Program-made: the position numbers and the translations under genes
Part shown: positions 58,293 through 58,822 of the stretch, one piece after another
Numbering within the stretch: the first letter of the stretch is position 1
Layout: each line of letters starts with the position of its first letter
Assembly (NCBI GenBank): GCA_020724885.1
Contig: DYGD01000001.1
Span: 7,018-65,839 of the forward strand
Length of the DNA stretch: 58,822 nucleotides
From: Candidatus Paceibacter sp.
GTDB taxonomy: Bacteria > Patescibacteriota > Minisyncoccia > Phycocordibacterales > BOKC01
Direction of reading: 5' to 3'
Notes under the pieces: generated by a model
What the model saw: only the letters and a program-made list of their open reading frames with translations
Told to the model about the DNA's origin: nothing
Databases searched by the model: none

Positions 58293-58822
58293 TCAACAAC
58301 AAGGAGTAATATCTCCCGAAGAACCCGAAGGCGGATCTCGCCAGTTGTATGGGTCTTCGTAGAGCCAAGGAGTGAATTCCACATTGTTGGAAACTCTATC
58401 CCCTTGTCCATTAGGATTGTTAGTTGAATGATAAGGTCCGCTCTCGTGCCCCCAGAAATTGTATTGGGCAGTTGTTGTCCCGGTGCCGGTGTGGTAAATT
58501 CCGTAAGAAGTGTTGTCTCTAATGGAGCTTTGAGTGATGTTGGCGTTGCCCGAGTTATTCCGGTAAATCCCATAATTGTTCTTGGTAATCAAAGAATCAG
58601 AGATGTTAACTTCCCCATTGTTGACCCGCAAGACACCCGAGTAGATAGTGCCGCAAGAGTACGACGAACTATTGCCCCCATAGCGAATGACGGCGTGAGA
58701 GATGTCCACCGAAGCGCCACTACAGACATCAATACTACGCCAGTCGGAAGAAGTGGGACTGGTGGCATTGCCGTCGCCGTTAGAATCCCCGCCGACCGAG
58801 TCGTCTTTGTAGGAGGTGAAGT
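58293..58822 (-). CDS. right-handed beta-helix repeat protein (5' end outside window)
   Basis: Frame is open to the window edge; FTSYKDD..GGD.NGDG, N..YGIY repeats and N.WG..SGP.H..NP.G.GD.VS..V.F.PW motifs. Confidence 0.8.
   Translation of the reverse strand, partial: FTSYKDDSVGGDSNGDGNATSPTSSDWRSIDVCSGASVDISHAVIRYGGNSSSYSCGTIYSGVLRVNNGEVNISDSLITKNNYGIYRNNSGNANITQSSIRDNTSYGIYHTGTGTTTAQYNFWGHESGPYHSTNNPNGQGDRVSNNVEFTPWLYEDPYNWRDPPSGSSGDITPCC

Overview
A 58.8 kb chromosomal segment of a Patescibacteria (CPR, Parcubacteria-like) bacterium. The assignment is inferred from the absence of rpmD between rpsE and rplO, AT-rich SD-less translation starts, a PPIase-less trigger factor and CPR-style pilin genes. 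From left to right it holds a Cu/Zn homeostasis cluster, a compact 6S-like RNA, infC-rpmI-rplT, ndk, the str-S10-spc supercluster on the minus strand, rpmB, split comEC genes, sod, rnhA/recJ, tpiA/pgk, a type IV pilus cluster, two dockerin-like proteins, nusA, ppa, tig and a pilin. No rRNA, tRNA, CRISPR array, transposase, integrase or reverse transcriptase was recognised. The unusual signal is mostly between the genes. (1) A GxxExxY gene and a four-helix-bundle gene sit inside core operons, bracketed by inverted-repeat arms, and gene-less hairpins of the same repeat families occur elsewhere. (2) Three related nested-palindrome elements sit in spc-operon spacers. (3) A 122 bp direct repeat of the comEC 3' end brackets a GC-rich cassette and supplies a -35 box to two different downstream genes. 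(4) GC-rich orphan genes with their own promoter, SD and terminator interrupt conserved operons, and two carry DGR-like signatures. (5) A PaaX-like gene is flanked by twin palindromes. Product names come from motif recognition only; no database searches were run.
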